Shown: piece by piece, positions 61,327-64,000 of the stretch
Numbering within the stretch: position 1 is the first letter of the stretch
How the letters are laid out: the number at the start of each line of letters is the position of its first letter
NCBI GenBank assembly: GCA_020137815.1
Contig: CM035361.1
Location: 4,464,001 to 4,528,000, forward strand
Reading direction: 5' to 3'
DNA: 64,000 nt
DNA from: Hormiphora californensis
Lineage: Eukaryota; Animalia; Ctenophora
Program-made: the position numbers and the translations under genes
Notes under the pieces: model-generated
What the model was told of the DNA's origin: nothing
Database searches by the model: none
What the model saw: only the letters and a program-made list of their open reading frames with translations

Positions 61327-64000
61327 TTTGTTTCCCTGGGAAATGGGAAAGGCCAAAGTATATATACTCATGCACTGCGTGACCAAATGCAAACTCTGTC
61401 GAGTCGACTTTCCTAACACAGTTACGTTAGAAAAGTCGACTCGGCAAAGTTTGCATTTAGTAACAGGATTAGTAATATGCAGATAGTATGCCGCGTTCAT
61501 ACTCTATTCTTGGAGACTTCTGCGTCACTTGAATGGCAGTGGAACTGGAATTTTGCAAGTCAAACCTCGATTTAGTCTGTCTCGCGCTGCCGACCCCATC
61601 TGAGCGCACTGATAATCAAATTGGGGTATGGGCGCCGCCATACAGGATTTAGTAGACTCTACTGATGAAGGGTTTTTGCACGGTATATACTTTATACAGT
61701 CGGACCCCGATTTAGTGGCCCCGATTTAGGGTAAGCGGTAAATACTCACTGGGTTCTTCACATTTTTTGGACGTTTTTGGCCATAACTTAAATTTAGTGG
61801 CACCCGGATTTAGTGGCAGGATTTTTTCCCCCGATATAGGAAATTAACATTATTTGACCCCGATTTAGTGGCACCCCGATTTAGTGACAGGATCCCCCCC
61901 CCCCCCCCCCCCCCCCCCGAGGATGCCACTAAATTGGGGTCCGAATGTACATATAATAATCGAAGAGAAATATTGTCAGCGTCATATACCTACCGGGGAA
62001 ATTATTCGTCAGGATAGCATTGTGTAGTCATGCTGGTCCGATCCATGGTGACTCCAGTGCTAGTGGATGTTACTAAAACTCGATGTTTGACTCTATATCT
62101 ATTTCATCAAATTCATACACAATGTGGACCCGTTTTCAATGTGTCCACACGAGCTAAGCCTTCTTTTTACAATTCTTTCTCTCTCGTTATATTCCGGTGT
62201 GGAGGGTAATTCTCTTTATTAGTCCACACCACACTGTGCTGTCTGACGCCGCGACCCCATCTGAGCGCACTGTCGAGAATCAAATGGGGTATGGCGCCGC
62301 CATCGGCCATACACACTTGGTGACATAGACACCTGGCGCGACCGAGATCGAGCTCACACACATGTGTGCGGGGGTCGCGCCAGGTGTCTATGTCACCAAG
62401 ATACACACCACATGCTGTGTAAATGTAAAAAGTACACGTGTATAATTGTGGTTGCGCGGATACCCACTTATCAGATTACCATATTGGACATACAATGGCA
62501 TTGCCATCGATGTAATTTCATTTTCATTTCGTTTCCATAGCAACATCTCTCTCTATTCTGATCCTCTTAGAAGATATTTTATCCTCGATAACTTTATTAC
62601 TTCTTGGTATGGCCTCTCGGTAATCGGTTCCTAGTTTGTTTGGTAATCGGAAAATCGGTTCCTAGTTCGATCCCCCCTATCCCTGAGCTTCTTTCTGAAC
62701 TTTCTGAACTTTCTGAACTTTCTAAATATTTTTTAAACAGGAAGGTTTTGCTATGAGTTGTACCTAGTATAGGTCACTGCTCGATTAGATTTGTGTACAA
62801 CTACAACAGTAAATGAGTTTTATACATGCTGTTACTGTACACTCAAGTCTCAAGATATAATACAAACTTATTGTCCTTAAAGTACACAACCCCCCTTCTG
62901 TGTACATTTCGGCTCTTTTCTTAGATATATAAAGGCCAAGGATCTCTTTTTCTGTCTCTCTCTAATTCTTATTGCACAACAGGTGGCCATGTATAACATT
63001 GTACGTGGCCACCTGTTGTACATTGTACGTGTAGATCAGTTGTTCCGCACGTGCATCCATTATAACTTCGCTGCCTCTTATGTTCTAACCCTCCTTTACA
63101 TTCTTAAAGACGGCGGGGTGCGCGAAACACAGTCTAGCTAGGCAATTTGCTGCATCATATTGTGTTGTGGATGTTTTGTCCTTGTTGTTCTCTGTTTGTT
63201 TTTGTGTGTGTTCGTCACACACTTTTTAGCAGTTTGGACTTTTTTTGCAATAACGCTGCCAATTCTTACTTCTTATTATTGCCATTGGGCTCGCTATGGC
63301 AGTGGCACAAAACGCCAAAAACTTTATTTTTGGACGGTATTGTTCGTAAATGAGATGTTTTAGGTTTTACTAGACATGAGGGATATGCAATGGTGAGATA
63401 GAGAGATGATATTAGAGGGATATAATAATAGAGGGATGTGTGCTTGAGACTCCATTGTTGTGCATGAAAGTGCTTCCTCCAAAATATTAGCCCATTCCCC
63501 AGCTACTTGTTGAGTAATAAGAGTTCGTCCCTTTCCTTAGCTGCTATTATAGTGATACATACTCTAAAACTGCTTCTCTTAACATCTTGCGTTATATTAT
63601 TTTAGTTGTTTATAATATACTGATAGCAAAGCTTAACACTATGCAAGCAAAGCAGGCCAGCTAGGATAAATCCATTGCAGGGGGTGCTGATATCTCTTTC
63701 AATCGCGTCAGCCACGGTCCTTCCGGTACAGATTTCTCTGCAGCGTAGTCAGGCGCTACCCCACAACATACGCCCTCGTGTTGCTCTCAGGTCTCTCAAG
63801 AGAGCCCCTACCAATCATAGCTTGGTCGGCTATGATAGCAAAGCTGAAGGTACACTATGAAGTTGGGTACTTTACTTTCAATTCTGAACTTGCCAAGTTA
63901 GACTGTTATTCACGCTAGAAAGTAGAAATGGTTTAGATATTAAGTTCTCACCAAATATTTCGCAGCATGGGTTACTATCGTTACCGAGGACGCCTCTGTG

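Noticed and set aside
63600-64000. Coding-looking sequence at the right edge
   Set aside because: No convincing frame or motif on either strand.

Overview
This is eukaryotic, intron-rich animal genomic DNA. It is probably a ctenophore (Pleurobrachia-like); that is an inference from a ctenophore-type 'DLESTPLQIKT' domain gene and the repeat content. Reading GT/GC-AG exons by hand gives these genes: the 3' 22 exons of mitochondrial NNT (+, 1617-13739); an antisense secreted-domain gene in NNT's upstream intron, broken by a hAT MITE; a single-pass PY-motif membrane protein (LRP3/10/12-like tail, -); a very divergent beta-tubulin (+) whose 4th intron holds an intronless same-strand LDLa-7TM GPCR; BRMS1-like (+, with an intronic CR1/L2-type LINE); MRPS17 and ACAD8 (+, almost no intergenic space); an apparently anchorless CDGSH/NEET protein (-); and a Cys-doublet-rich membrane protein (-). 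Introns are packed with non-autonomous DNA transposons: a 109-bp hAT MITE in about 13 copies, TA-TSD MITEs, long foldback elements and a triple-nested stack. The most striking pattern is a set of unrelated tandem repeats whose units straddle splice junctions. Several patches look like noisy long-read sequence, so single frameshifts or stops should be treated with caution.
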